The notes below the pieces were generated by a model. That model saw only the letters and a list, made by a program, of their open reading frames with translations, had not been told where the DNA came from and ran no database searches. A program made the position numbers and the translations under genes. From contig OX597835.1 in assembly GCA_951406725.2 (NCBI GenBank), positions 32,922,001 through 32,986,000 on the forward strand: a stretch of 64,000 bases of DNA, in the 5' to 3' direction. Below are positions 1 to 13,994 of this stretch, in pieces. The stretch is from Octopus vulgaris. Its lineage: Eukaryota. Positions within the stretch are counted from its first letter, which is position 1. Every line of letters starts with the position of its first letter.

Positions 1-1106
1 TTCAATATAAAAGTATGCAAACTACATTTGTATGTATTCAAGTGATATGTTATCTGCTTTTGAAAGTTTTTGATGGTGAAGTTGTCATGATAAAACAATC
101 TTAGTTGTAACTATTTCTTCTGTTAGCGAGTAAAAGAAACTACATCAGCATAAAAAATACATTAAATCATACAGCTTCTCATAACTACATCGCCAAAAAT
201 ATAGTAATGTATACGTGTTTATGCACATCCATTCCATTTTTGTATATGGCTTGCAAGATTATTGATGTGAACTTGTGTGTTGAAACATATTGTGTTGTAT
301 TTTAGAAGGCCATAACGCCAATAATATACACGCACTGATTATATTTTACTTCTATATTTTCATTTGCCGATTGGTTACGCATTTAATCAATTAACTAATC
401 AATTGCATTATGAATCTTTCACTTCATCAGTCAATCAGCCAATCAATCAGTCAATCAATTAAAAGCAAGCTTGGTCAAAAATCCTTTTTTTTTTGCTATT
501 TCCTAACTTATTAAATGAGACACCTCTCTAATCCAGATCTTCTTCCGAGTGTTGTGCTTGTGTCTATTACTGACAGAATAATCATCCAGAGATACAACAA
601 AATATATATATTTCCTACTCAGCAGACGTTAAAAGCAGATCGTTCATTCCTATAAGTATAGTCAAGCATACATCTATATGTAGAATCAAACCTGTTGAAT
701 AAGCGAAAAAAAACAGATCATTTATTTCATACAACTACATCCTTATAAGAGCAGCATAGCAAATGTATATAAGTATAGCCAGTCTTCTAAGGTAAAAGAC
801 AAGGAGGACACATAACGCATTGTTATAAGTAATGTATTGGCGCATACGTGCATACTGTACGTCCATCTTGAGAAAACAGAAGGCAGATGGTTTCTTATTT
901 ACAATTAAATTCGTACGAGTATAGTAAATAGTAAAGCAGAAAGGCATACGTATATACATACATACTTCCACACACACACACACACATATATATATACATA
1001 TATATATAGTATAATATAATAGTATATATTTATATGAATATAATATATTTATATATATTATGTATTACTGTGTGTATATATATTCTCTTATACATATGTA
1101 TGTGTC

Positions 1107-1145
<39 letters not shown>

Positions 1146-1232
1146 ATGTATTTATATATAAATATATATACATACATATATTTATACATATACACACAGA
1201 CACACACATGTATATACATGTATATATATATA

Positions 1233-1268
<36 letters not shown>

Positions 1269-1335
1269 ATTCAAACATGAAAACACAAAGGACGTGGAAC
1301 AAGTATAGCATTATTGGACGCTCAGGAAAGAAATA

Positions 1336-1388
<53 letters not shown>

Positions 1389-1413
1389 GGCTACATATAT
1401 ATATGTATATACT

Positions 1414-1489
<76 letters not shown>

Positions 1490-2106
1490 AGTGTATGTAT
1501 ACACTTGCATATATATGCATACACATACACACACATTCACATTCTCACATTCTCCTTGAATAGAATACAAAATATAATTATTTTACTGGGAGAATTGATG
1601 TTAAATTCAGCTATTGTAAATCGAAGATAAAGTAATAAAATGTATTAACTGATAAAACTTTTTATTAAAATTGCACGAATAGTTGTAATATTAAATCAAA
1701 ACATTTTTGTAAATTACAGAATGTCTGTGTCCGCAGGGATGCTGTTGTTTCATCACAGTCCGTCTTTAAAATTTCGTAACTATCACTAAACGATTAAACA
1801 ATAGATCTGTTGTTGAGATCAACTTCGGAAAACACTTAGCAGCAAATTCACCAAATGCTATGACGTTCCTCTTGTTTTAAAGAAATAATACTGGAAAAAC
1901 TAGAGAAGGGAGAAGCAAGTAAACAGACGTAATAAATTAACTTTATTTTTTCATCGTTACGTTCGCCATTCAATTCCCGCCAAAATTACCACTCTACTCA
2001 GTTTTCTATTTCATTCCGCTTTCTGCATATTTCTAGCTGTCTGGTTATCAGTTGGTTTATCTATCTATCTATCTCTGTCTCTCTGTCTCTCTGTCTCTGT
2101 CTGTCT

Positions 2107-2157
<51 letters not shown>

Positions 2158-2158
<1 letters not shown>

Positions 2159-2314
2159 AATGTAAAGTATAGAAGCCATCTTATCATGGCTAACCACATT
2201 GGGGAGGGGGTTGTTACTGTAGCTTTATAGCCCCAAGAGATCTATAAAGCTACAGTAACAACCTCCTCCCCAATGTGGTTAGCCATGATAAGATGGCTTC
2301 TATACTTTACATTA
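2158..2314. repeat. Near-perfect fold-back palindrome (73-bp arms, 11-nt loop) between (TA)n tracts
   Basis: 2158-2230 is the reverse complement of 2242-2314 with one mismatch (ggggaggggg vs ggggaggagg). Confidence 0.95.
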
Positions 2315-2357
2315 TCGAGCGATTACTGTTTCAATCTCATTCTGAGATTTAATTATG

Positions 2358-2406
<49 letters not shown>

Positions 2407-2437
2407 GGAGCTTAACGCTTAATTCAAATACTTTTAT

Positions 2438-2521
2438 TTCCCACTCATGTTTCGAAGATTTCACTGATATTATTCCAAAGGAATAAATGGTGTAAAACAA
2501 TGTAAACTTCTCTTCAGGGAA
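2438..2521 (-). ncRNA. Degenerate type I hammerhead ribozyme-like motif with a long stem II loop
   Basis: Minus strand reads ttcc-CTGAAGA-gaag...cttc-GAAAC-atga-GT-G-ggaa. Stems I, II and III pair. The cleavage-site base is G, so it is probably inactive. Confidence 0.5.
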
Positions 2522-3845
2522 GTGAAGAAATGAAACTCGTCAATAAGACATTTTAACAGAAACTTCTTTTATTTATTCAAATATTATACAAAAAATTCCA
2601 CGTAAACCCGTTTCTACCTTTCAAAACAAGGAGTTACAACCTCTTTACTTGCTTGATTTTTTGCGACCCAGGTAACTATTTATCTATTTTTTGCGTGTTA
2701 ATTGTTAACAAGGGAAAATACACTCAGCTATATTCCTCAAAGATGCCCTTCACAAGGACAAGTGTGAATGCCGCCCGAGAGGCGGCTTCAAGGCTAGTAA
2801 ATGCAAACATACAAACATTTAGAAATTACGTATCAAATGCGTGCAAAGATATGTAGTATTTAAGTGGTATATTGTTTGTTTCGATAGTTTTTGATTTCAA
2901 AGTTATAAATATAAATCTACCATAGCTATTTCTATTTCTATTAACGAATGCAAGAGATTCCACTATGCATAAACTTATAGGGACCTGTAGTTTCTTACAA
3001 ATATTTTCCTGTAAGTACCGTATTGTATTTGAATATACGTATATCCATTCCCCTTCAGCAGAAGATAAAAACTAGGTCATTTATCTTTATGACACGTTAC
3101 TGAATGTTTAGTGAAGCAGATGTCCATAAGTATACACGTTTCTGATGAGAAGGAAACGAAATCAGATCATGTGTTTCTTATAGTAACATTCCTATAAGAA
3201 AAAATATGTTTAAATTTGTATTTATTCCCCTGAAGAGGACGACGTTGACAATCATTTATGTCATAAGGAAATTGTTGTTACAAGTGCAGTTTAGCGTATA
3301 GCGTAGATGTATATCAATTTTGGTTAAGTATAAGACAAAGACAGATACTTTATTTGTTATAACTACACTCCTGTTAGTAGATTATCTGTGTGTATATGTA
3401 TAGACATTTCTCTTGAGTAGAAGACAAACGTAAATACATTATTTTGCTGAAAGATTTTTTATTGAATTGAATTATTCTAAGTTGTAACAGAAACAAATAA
3501 ACTGATTTTACAGATAGAATTTCAATGAAATCAGCAAATTTAATTGATATTTTGATACTTATGATTTTCTGAGAAATATTTCTGAAAACTAAATATAGGA
3601 GGACTTAGTAAAGTAGCACACATCAATACTTGTCATACTTCATTTTATATTCTTTCACTCTTAATTGAAACCCATCCAAAATTACAGACCTGCTTCGCTT
3701 CACTCTAATTTCACTCTCTCTCCGTTTCTATATCAATCTATTTATCTGTTTACCTATCTGCTTGTTTCTATCTGTAAATTAAATTTCTCATTCACGGCAC
3801 ACGTCTTTGTCTCTCGTTCTCTCGCTTTATCTCGCTAAATAGATA

Positions 3846-5136
3846 CGAGGGACGTTCAATAAGTAATGCCTCTGACCCACTTGAAATTGTTTGATCTAGC
3901 TGAAATTTTCCATGTGCAATTATTTCTATTTTTATAGATGAAGTGGCAAATTACAGCTCTGAACTAATTGTGGTTTCTGATTTACAGGTGTTTGAACTGA
4001 GTCAAGTGTGAAATGGATCCTGTTGAGTGTCGAGCAGTGATCCGGTTTTTGTATTTGAAAGATTACACACCATGGGAGACTTTTGATAAAATGAAAGTAA
4101 CTTATGGTGATGATGCCCCATCATATGACCTTGTAAAACGCTGGCATCATGAATTCAAACATGGTCGGAACTCTGTGGAAACAGCTCCCAGATCTGGTCG
4201 CCCCCCTTCTGCCATTGATGAGGCATCTGTCCGTCAAGTTGAGGCTGCCATTTTAGAAGATCAACGCATAACTATTCGCCAAATAACCCATGAGGTCAAG
4301 ATTAGTACCGGGTCTGTGGAAACTATCATTCATGACCAGTTGCATATGCAAAAGGTGTCTGCCAGATGGATTCCCAGGTTGCTCACACCTTTCCAGGAGC
4401 AAGAACGAGTCGAGTGCTCGAGGATGAATTTGGAGATGTGCCAAGAAGATGAGTCAAAATTTTTCAAAAGGCTGATTACACAGGATGAAGCCTGGGTCCA
4501 TCACTATGATCCAGAGACCAAAGCCCAGTCAATGCAGTGGAAGAACCGTGACTCACCTCCTCCAAAGAAGGCAAGGGTGCAGCCCTCCGCTGGCAAGGTC
4601 ATGCTCACAGTCTTCTGGGACCAGGACGGAATAGTGATGACAGATTTCCTGGCAAAGGGTACCGCAATTACAGGAGCCTATTATGCTTCACTTTTGAGGA
4701 AATTAAGAGAAGCTATCAAAATCAAGAGGCGGGGCAAGATCAGCAAAGGTATCCTCCTCCTGCAGGACAACGCTCCGGTCTACAACTCGCGTGTCGCCAG
4801 ATCAGAAGCACAGGCGTGCGGCTATGAACTCCTCCCCTATCCCCCTACTATCCTGACCTTGCACCCTCTGAATTTCACCTTTTCCAAGCCTTGAAGTTGT
4901 TTTTGAAAGGAAAGCATTTCCCAGATGATGCAGCCTTGATTTCTGAAGTCACGTCGTGGTTGGCGGACCAAGCTGGGGTCTTCTACAAAAACGGTCCCAG
5001 AGCTGCATCAAGCAATGGGAGAAATGCGTAACTCTGGATGGTTTCTATGTAGCAAAAGACGAATAACTGTGCCAAGTTTCGCTGCTCTACTGCTATGGGA
5101 AGTGGGTCAGGGGCATTACTTATTGAACGCCCCTCG
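3846..5136 (+). mobile_element. Tc1/mariner DNA transposon, full length (1291 bp), copy 1
   Basis: 37-bp TIRs (cgagggacgttcaataagtaatgcctctgacccactt, 2 mismatches), TA duplication at 3844-45 and 5137-38, internal transposase. Confidence 0.97.
4013..5066 (+). pseudogene. Mariner transposase, frameshifted
   Basis: ORF 4013-4894 has RSGRP, the WIPRLL (WVPHEL-type) linker, ITQDEAW and LLQDNAP. The YYPDLAPSEF...QWEKCV C-terminus is recovered only after frameshifts at about 4845 and about 4996. Confidence 0.93.
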
Positions 5137-5280
5137 TACAGTGGCTGTGTGGTAAGAGGTTGCTTCTCAGCCACATGGTTCCGGGTTCATTTTCACTGCA
5201 TGGCACCTTGCTCAAGTGTCTTTCCCTTGATTAGACGAATGCCTTCTGAGTGAGATTTGGTAGACGTAGATTGGAATAGG

Positions 5281-5365
<85 letters not shown>

Positions 5366-5693
5366 ATATATGTATACACACACACACACATATGTATATA
5401 TATATATAGGAGCAACTGTCACTGTGTGGTAACAAGGTTTCTTAGCAACCACCTGTTTCCCAGGTCCTACTGCGTAGCACCTTAGGCAAGTGACTTCTAC
5501 TATAGCTTCGGTTCGACCAAAGCCTTGTGAATGGATTTGGTAGATAGAAACTGAAAAGAATCCCGTCGTGTATATATATATACTTTTTATTCTTTTATTC
5601 TTTTACTTGTTCGACTAAAGCTGGTACTCCAGCATGACGCATTCAAGTGACTGCAACAAACAAAAGAATATATATTATATATATGTACGTGTG

Positions 5694-5747
<54 letters not shown>

Positions 5748-7642
5748 ATGCATGCATACACATTCCACTTTAGTAAAGAGAAACTCAGATCATTTCTTTC
5801 TTATAACTGCATTCCTGTATAGAAAGGTATATGTGTAAATGCAAATACATTTGTTTTGTATGGGAGAAAAAGACAGACAATTTATTTTGCTGTGAGAATT
5901 CATATCAAATTCAAGAATCGTAAGACAAACAAAAAATAATAAAATCGGTTTGCTTATAAAAGTTTAATTAGATTGAAAGATTATTTGTCACTGTAATATC
6001 GACTAAATTTTGGAATATCTACGTCTTCACTGATGTTGCGATTTCTATAATTTTATTACTGAAGTAATTTCTTCTTTTCGTTTTTGGATTTGGTTTGCAA
6101 GATTCTCTATGTGAGTTCGTGTATTGAAGCATGTTCTGTTGTGTCTGGGGACCGTCATTTCATTTTTGTGCCTTTTAATGTAACACACTCACCGGTAAAA
6201 TTCCTACTTATTCCTTATTTTTATTTTCCTAAAATGTTCGTTGGGTCTTGCAACCTTTTCATTAGTCTTGACGCATTTCTTCTTGTTTTAGTCATTCGTC
6301 TGCGTCCATACTGGGCCACCGCCTTAAAGGTTTTAGTCAAACAAATCGCGCTTGGTACTTATTTGAAAGTTTGGTATTTCTTGTATCAGTAATTTGGTCG
6401 AACTGCTACGTTGCGGGTATGTAAATTATCGAACAGCATTTGTCAAGCGACAGCGAGGAGCCAAGTACAAATACGCACGCACAGACAAACACAGTCACAA
6501 ACACTCGCACGCACACATACATACTCATATATATACACTCGCACACGCACAACCACATATACGACGGGTGTCTTTTAGCTTCCGTTTACCAAATTCACTC
6601 CCAAGGCATCAATCGGCCCGCGATTATAGTACATGACACTTGCCCAAGGTGCCGCCCAGTAGAATTAAAACCTAAATTATGTGATTGCAATCCATAATCT
6701 TTACCAATATTGGCAGAATTAATCCAGGCTACTCAACTTGAATCAGAAAATCAGCCATATCTTTAAAGTTTTTCTTTAAAAACACAAGAGAAAGACACGA
6801 TAGATAGCACATGCTCCAATATCTCTGAACAGGCATGATAGTCAAAGAAAGAATGGTTTGCAATCATAGGTCTTTTCTCTTAGAGTAAAACACCACCAAT
6901 AACTACTTCACCTTGGACCGGAGTAATTATCTTTCGAGAAACCACATCAAAGTGAAAATATTTCAAATATAAATACCCTAAAGAATTTGAAATCCAAGAA
7001 AAAACGTATAAATCAGTATATATTCTGCGTGTTTGGTACTTAATGTAATAGCTGTATATTTGTCTTAAAGCAACTCAGAAGCGATGATAGAATACGGACT
7101 GACCATTCTTCAAACGCTAGATTATTATATTACCGTCACAAACAACGATGATTATTTCGCCTCTAAGTGAATGAATAAGAGAGCAGATGGTTTTCCTCAA
7201 ATTAAATGTCAGATAAAATTTTGTCAAGATAAAGATATACGATTAACAGGCGTAATATATCTAGAAATGAAGAAATGGAATAACTACTGGTAAAATATAA
7301 TGTAATTTGATTTGTTAAATAATTTCCGAAGATTTTAGAAAGACCATAGGTGCACATTTATTGCAGACGATAAGTTTTGAATTCTCTTCCTCCTCCAAAA
7401 TACAATAAAGATGGTGTCTTCTCCCCTCTGTATGTTGTATTCTCTACTATGTCCATGCAGAAGTGTATCTTCGTGTAGGTTACTCGGAACATTTTGCTCA
7501 AGGTCGCTCAATGAAGAGAAGCGCTGTGTAATCTGAGGTAGAGCTCTCAGATTCAGAAATTATCAGACACGCTAAAGGTAGGAGAGCTGCACAAAAACCA
7601 AAACTCCCATTGGTTCCACGCATTGCTATTACATAACTGGTT

Positions 7643-7930
7643 CTCCATCAGTTACGACGATCTGTGTTCTGGCTGACTCGATCGACGAAACAGCATGCTA
7701 CTGAAATTAACGTGCAGGTGAGTGAGCATCCCACAGACACGTGTACCATTAACGTAGTTCTAAGGGAGATTCAGCGTGACACAGAATATGTCAAGGCTGG
7801 CCCATTCTATTACAGGTACCACTCATTTTTGCTACCTGCGTAGACTGGAACAACATGAAATAAAGTGTTTTGATCAAGAAATCCACGCACGGTCTGGAGT
7901 TCAACTCGTGAAGCGAACACCAAGCCACTA
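7643..7930 (-). mobile_element. SINE family C copy (degenerate)
   Basis: Reverse complement matches the copies at 17918 and 52140 (gagattcagcgtgacacaga, gaaattaacgtgca). Confidence 0.7.
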
Positions 7931-8308
7931 ATCCACCTCATCGACCCTGGTACCAGAGGTGGTGTCATAGTACCAAGGCCAATCAGATGAATTCGAGGCG
8001 TGGTTATTGCTAGCTGAAAACTATTCCCCCCAAATCTATTCTACTGTTACATGCTCCAAACTTAACCAGGGATTATCTGGTAACATTGCTCTTATAAGCA
8101 ACCCCATGACACACAAAATGTAAATATAATGTGGTCATCTTCAGAGGCATGAAGACCGCAGATCAAGTTCGTAACGACACGATTACCTTCTCTGATACAT
8201 ATCACCAGAATATTCTCTGTTACAGCTAGAGATACAGATGTTGGTGACGTCACCATTACTTTCTGTAATGAAATGATATGGCGGCGAGATACCAGAATGC
8301 TTATCAGT

Positions 8309-8599
8309 GAAGGCACATGCCCTAGTGGTTAGAGCAGCGGACTCGCGGTCGAGGGATCGCGGGTTCGAATCTCAGACCGGGCGATGTGTGTGTTTATGAG
8401 CGAAACACCAAGGCTCCACGCAATTCCGGCAGAAGGTAATGGCGAAACTTCTGCTGACTCTTTCGCCACAAGTTTCTCTCACTCTTTCCTCCTGCATCTT
8501 GCATCTCACCTGCGACGGACCGGCGTCCCGTCCAGGTGGGGAACCTATACGCCAAGAAAACCGGGTCCTTATAAGCCAAGCATGGCTCGAGAAGGAACA
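8309..8599 (+). mobile_element. tRNA-headed SINE (family C-related head)
   Basis: A-box/B-box-like head gcctagtggttagagcagcggactcgcggtcgagggatcgcgggttcgaatc. Confidence 0.7.
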
Positions 8600-9035
8600 A
8601 TGGTTATCACGATGAGAAAAATGATAGGCGGCATTTTGTTCGTCTTTATGTTCAGAGATCAAATTCCACCGAGGTCGACTTTGCTTTTCATCCTTTCGGG
8701 GTCGATATAATAACTACCAGTTGAGCGCTGGGGTCGACGAAACCGAATTCTTTCCCTCAGACATTACTGGCTTTGTGCGAAAATTTGACATCAATATACT
8801 TATATCACCAAATTATTTCCTAGTATGTCTACAGATACAGCTTTTGGTAATAGCGTCATTATATCTTCTCGCATACATTTCCAGAATATTGGGCTAGTAT
8901 AGCGACAGAAACTGTCACTGTCAGGTACAGCAAGAAATGGTGATAACAATATTACACTTCAAAATGTCACAGACGTAACACATATTGATTTCTTCTCCTT
9001 TGAATATCAGACATAAATTTATATACTTCAATATA

Positions 9036-9450
9036 GGTGCAGCAGTGTGGTAAGTCGCTTACTTACGAATCACATGGTTCTGTGTTCAGTCCCACGGCGT
9101 GGCACCTTGGACAAGTGTCTTCTACTATAGCCTCGGGCCAACCAAAGTGGATTTCGTAGACGGAAACTGAAAGAAGTCCGTCGTATATACGTATATATGT
9201 ATATATGTGTGTGCGTGTGTGTGTGTGTTTGTGTGTCAGTGTTTGTCCCTCTACCCCCAACATGACTTAAAAATCGATGCTGGTGTGTTTACGTCCCCGT
9301 CACTTAGCGGTTCGACAAAAGAGACCGATAGAATAAGTACAAGGCTTACAAAGAATAAGTCCTGGGTTCGATTTGATCGACTAAAGGCGGTGCTCCAGCA
9401 TGGCCGTAATCAAATGACTGAAACAAGTAAAAGAGTAAAAGAATATATAG
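9036..9450 (+). mobile_element. SINE family A, full length (left arm of an inverted pair)
   Basis: tRNA-like head, ggcaccttgg(g/a)caagtgtcttc core, internal (TA/TG)n and a tail ending ...ccagcatggccg...gactgaaacaagtaaaagagtaaaaga. Confidence 0.9.
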
Positions 9451-9770
9451 GAAAAATTTTGATAGTACTCCTTCGTTGCCTAGCGATACCAGTTTCAAAT
9501 TAGAGCAGAGTTGCCAATGTATATCGGCCATACAGATATAATATGAACTGGTTTTAAATTTTGGCACAAGGCCAGCAATTTCGACAAGATATCTCCATCT
9601 CGTATACACCCCGCTGAATGGTCAGCTTCAGAACACTACGGATGACAGAACGGTGAGAGAAATAATAATATATTAAGTAGCGAAAACTGAAACAGTTTCT
9701 CAGGGAAAAATTTGTGTATCATCATCATCATCATCATCGTCATCATCATCATCATAATCAGCAGCCGCTG

Positions 9771-10170
9771 ACTTGTTTCAGTCATTTTATTACGGCCATT
9801 CTGGAGCACCGCCTTTAGTCGAGCAAATCGAACCCAGGACTTATTCTTTGTAAGCCTTGTACTTATTCTATCGGACTCTTTTGCCGAACCGCTAAGTGAC
9901 GGGGACGTAAACACACCAGCATCGGTTGTCAAGTCATGTAGGGGGTCGTGGGACAAACACTGACACACAAACTCATACACACACGCACACACATATATAC
10001 ATATATACGTATATACGACGGGCTTCTTTCAGTTTCCGTCTACGAAATCCACTTTGGTTGGCCCGAGGCTATAGTAGAAGACACTTGCCCAAGGTGCCAC
10101 GCAGTGGGGCTGAACACAGAACCATGTGATTCGTAAGTAAGCGATTTACCACACAGCCACTGCTGCACCT
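9771..10170 (-). mobile_element. SINE family A (right arm of an inverted pair)
   Basis: Reverse complement of 9023-9428 with shared private variants. Confidence 0.9.
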
Positions 10171-10191
10171 ATATTGAAGTATGCAGTACTT

Positions 10192-10243
<52 letters not shown>

Positions 10244-10414
10244 CATAAGAATGACGGTTGCCGCCATATCAAATGCATAATTAATGCTGGCACTTCGCAG
10301 GAAGTGTTTAGAATTTCCTGTTACCTACCTGATGCTCTCAATGCTCTCAGAGTTTCCTGAAGATATAAAATAACATCTCCCTCCAAACAACGGCAGACAC
10401 ACTCATACGATTGT

Positions 10415-10473
<59 letters not shown>

Positions 10474-10479
10474 CATATA

Positions 10480-10515
<36 letters not shown>

Positions 10516-10698
10516 TATATACACATTTGTGTGTACATATATATATACATGTATATATATATACATATAGACATACATGTATATATACATGTATACACAT
10601 ACATGCAAGTATTTAATTATGTACATGTATGTGTATATAAATATGTATATATATATATATATGCATGTATATATATATATGTATGTATATGTATGTAC

Positions 10699-10751
<53 letters not shown>

Positions 10752-11472
10752 AGTCGCAATATATGGATTCAAGTAACCCGGTAGTACTCATAATAAAAGA
10801 AAGCTCCTTAATGTACCATTCTATGAAACATATAGTACGATAGAAAACAAAATGATAAGGAAAATGATGAGGAGTGTATAAAGTTATAAATGATTAACAA
10901 AATACTATTAAGAAAACTTATTTAACTGTGAAAAAATTCAAATCTCACTACAAAGATTGCAATGTTTTAAAATTGTTTTTACAATTACTGCAGATAAGTA
11001 AGTAATTTATTTATTATTAAATTTTTATGATATAAATTATCTTTACCTGATTAAAGTTACGAAACAATTTGTCGTGCTATTTGAATTTTCTTATAGTTAA
11101 ATAAATTCTTATACTATTTCTCTCGTCAATTATAACTACACACAGACACATACACACATGTAATTACACACACGCACACACTTATATATAACACACTTTA
11201 ACAATATCGACCAGGCCATCAGATACTGTTAAACATGTCTGATCTCAATGTTCTTTAATTCAGGCTTGATTGTGACATTTTTTCCTTCTCAATTCAAAGT
11301 GCTTTACCAAATCGTCTTCCTATATTCGGTGAGGCCTTCCAAGTCACCTTTTCTGATTTTTTCCCCACTCACATGGCTTTGGTCGACCGAGGCTATAGTA
11401 GAAGATACTTGCTCAAGGTGCCACGTACTGGGACTGAATCCGGAACCATATGGTTGGTAAGCAAGCTACATA

Positions 11473-12763
11473 CGAGGGACGTTCAATAAGTAATGCCTCT
11501 GACCCACTTGAAATTGTTTAATCTAGCTGAAATTTTCCATGTGCAATTATTTATATTTTTATAGATGAAGTGGCAAATTACAGCTCTGAACTAATTGTGG
11601 TTTCTGATTTACAGGTGTTTGAACTGAGTCAAGTGTGAAATGGATCCTGTTGAGTGTCGAGCAGTGATCCGGTTTTTGTATTTGAAAGGATGCACACCAT
11701 GGGAGACTTTTGGTAAAATGAAAGTAACTTATGGTTATGATGCCCCATCATATGACCTTGTAAAACGCTGGAATCATGAATTCAAACATGGTCGGAACTC
11801 TGTGGAAACAGCTCCCAGATCTGGTCGCCCCCCTTCTGCCATTGATGAGGTATCTGTCCGTCAAGTTGAGGCTGCCATTTTAGAAGATCAACGCATAACT
11901 ATTCGCCAAATAGCCCATGAGGTCAAGATTAGTACCGGGTCTGTGGAAACTATCATTCATGACCATTTGCATATGCAAAAGGTGTCTGCCAGATGGATTC
12001 CCAGGTTGCTCACACCTTTCCAGAAGCAAGAACGAGTCGAGTGCTCGAGGATGAATTTGGAGATGTGCCAAGAAGATGAGTCAAAATTTTTCAAAAGGCT
12101 GATTACACAGGATGAAGCCTGGGTCCATCACTATGATCCAGAGACCAAAGCCCAGTCAATGCAGTGGAAGAACCGTGACTCACCTCCTCCAAAGAAGGCA
12201 AGGGTGCAGCCCTCCGCTGGCAAGGTCATGCTCACAGTCTTCTGGGACCAGGACGGAATAGTGATGACAGATTTCCTGGCAAAGGGTACCACATTTACAG
12301 GAGCCTATTATGCTTCACTTTTGAGGAAATTAAGAGAAGCTATCAAAATCAAGAGGCGGGGCAAGATCAGAAAAGGTGTCCTCCTCCTGCAGGACAACGC
12401 TCCGGTCTACAACTCGCGTGTCGCCAGATCAGAAGCACAGGCGTGAGGCTATGAACTCCTCCCCTATCCCCCTACTATCCTGACCTTGCACCCTCTGAAT
12501 TTCACCTCTTCCCAGCCTTGAAGTTGTTTTTGAAAGGAAAGCGTTTCCCAGATGATGCAGCCTTGATTTCTGAAGTCACGTCGTGGTTGGCGGACCAAGC
12601 TGGGGTCTTCTACAAAAACGGTCCCAGAGCTGCATCAAGCAATGGGAGAAATGCGTAACTCTGGATGGTTTCTATGTAGCAAAAGACTAATAACTGTGCC
12701 AAGTTTCGTTGCTCTACTGCTATGGGAAGTGGGTCAGGGGCATTACTTATTGAACGCCCCGCG
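11473..12763 (+). mobile_element. Tc1/mariner DNA transposon, full length (1291 bp), copy 2
   Basis: Same TIRs as copy 1, TA at 11471-72 and 12764-65, near-identical to copy 1. It abuts a truncated minus-strand SINE A head. Confidence 0.97.
11640..12690 (+). pseudogene. Mariner transposase with premature stop and frameshifts
   Basis: ORF 11640-12446 ends at a TGC>TGA stop and carries the same two downstream frameshifts as copy 1. Confidence 0.93.
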
Positions 12764-12814
12764 TATATGTGTGTGTGTGTGTATTAATATATGTATATAT
12801 ATATATATATATAT

Positions 12815-12892
<78 letters not shown>

Positions 12893-13696
12893 GCATACAC
12901 ACACATAAATATAGGCGTGGTTTTGTGGCAGGCAGATTACTTATCAAAACCACATTAGACCAGGTGCAGTCGTACTGCTTGGAAGCTCGGGCAAGTTTTT
13001 TTCTAATGTAACCCCACGCCGACCAAGGCCTTGTAATTGGAATTGTTTGGCGAAAAAATGACATAAGCTTGTCATACATCCACAAGCGCATAGAAAACAT
13101 ACGCTTGTGGGTGTGTGGGTGTTTGTGTGAGTGGGGGTGGGTGTGTTTGGGTGTGTGAGAGAGAGAGAGTGGGGAGAAAGGGAGTGAATATCCGTATATG
13201 TATCCGTGTCTCTAAGATTTCCCACTCGTACATCCTAAGCAAACGAACACTAAATAAATATTTCCTGAAACACACGCTCACAAACAATGACACACATTTA
13301 TCTCGAGCCAAAGAAACTCCCAGAGCAAAGTTGTCGTACGCACTAATTCACTTTCCTTCTAATAATATCTTACGTTCTGAATACAATTCACAATCGTCTT
13401 ACCTATCGCCCCCGCTGTACGAGCTGCCATTGTCTTCCTAACCTAATAAATGTTAGAGTTCCCTACGTTTCAATCACAGACGCGATCGGTCACAGGGCGA
13501 AGCTCGAGAAGAATGTCAGTTTTTGACATGATATATTCAAAGATAGGTAGATAGATAGAAAGACAGATAGAATGACAATGATATATATATATGTACATAC
13601 ATAAATACATATATATATACATGTATATATACGCATATAAATACACAAATATACATATGATTTGCCTAATGGTGGTTTTATCTCTAATTTAATATA

Positions 13697-13806
<110 letters not shown>

Positions 13807-13946
13807 TAATACGTATATTTATGTCTATACACATCTATATACATATAATGTATACATACATAAATTTATTTTCATAAACATGATATATATACACACATAT
13901 ATATCATATATGTGATATATTATATATATATATATGTATATATATA

Positions 13947-13994
<48 letters not shown>

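Noticed and set aside
400-432. Minus-strand CTGATGA-agt-GAAA
   Set aside because: Stems cannot be formed, so it is likely chance.
3142-3165. CTGATGA-gaag-GAAAC hammerhead-like string
   Set aside because: No stem II, no GUH site and no stem I pairing.
7340-8300. Possible decayed coding or retroelement sequence
   Set aside because: Only vague motif resemblance with many stops. It cannot be classified by eye.
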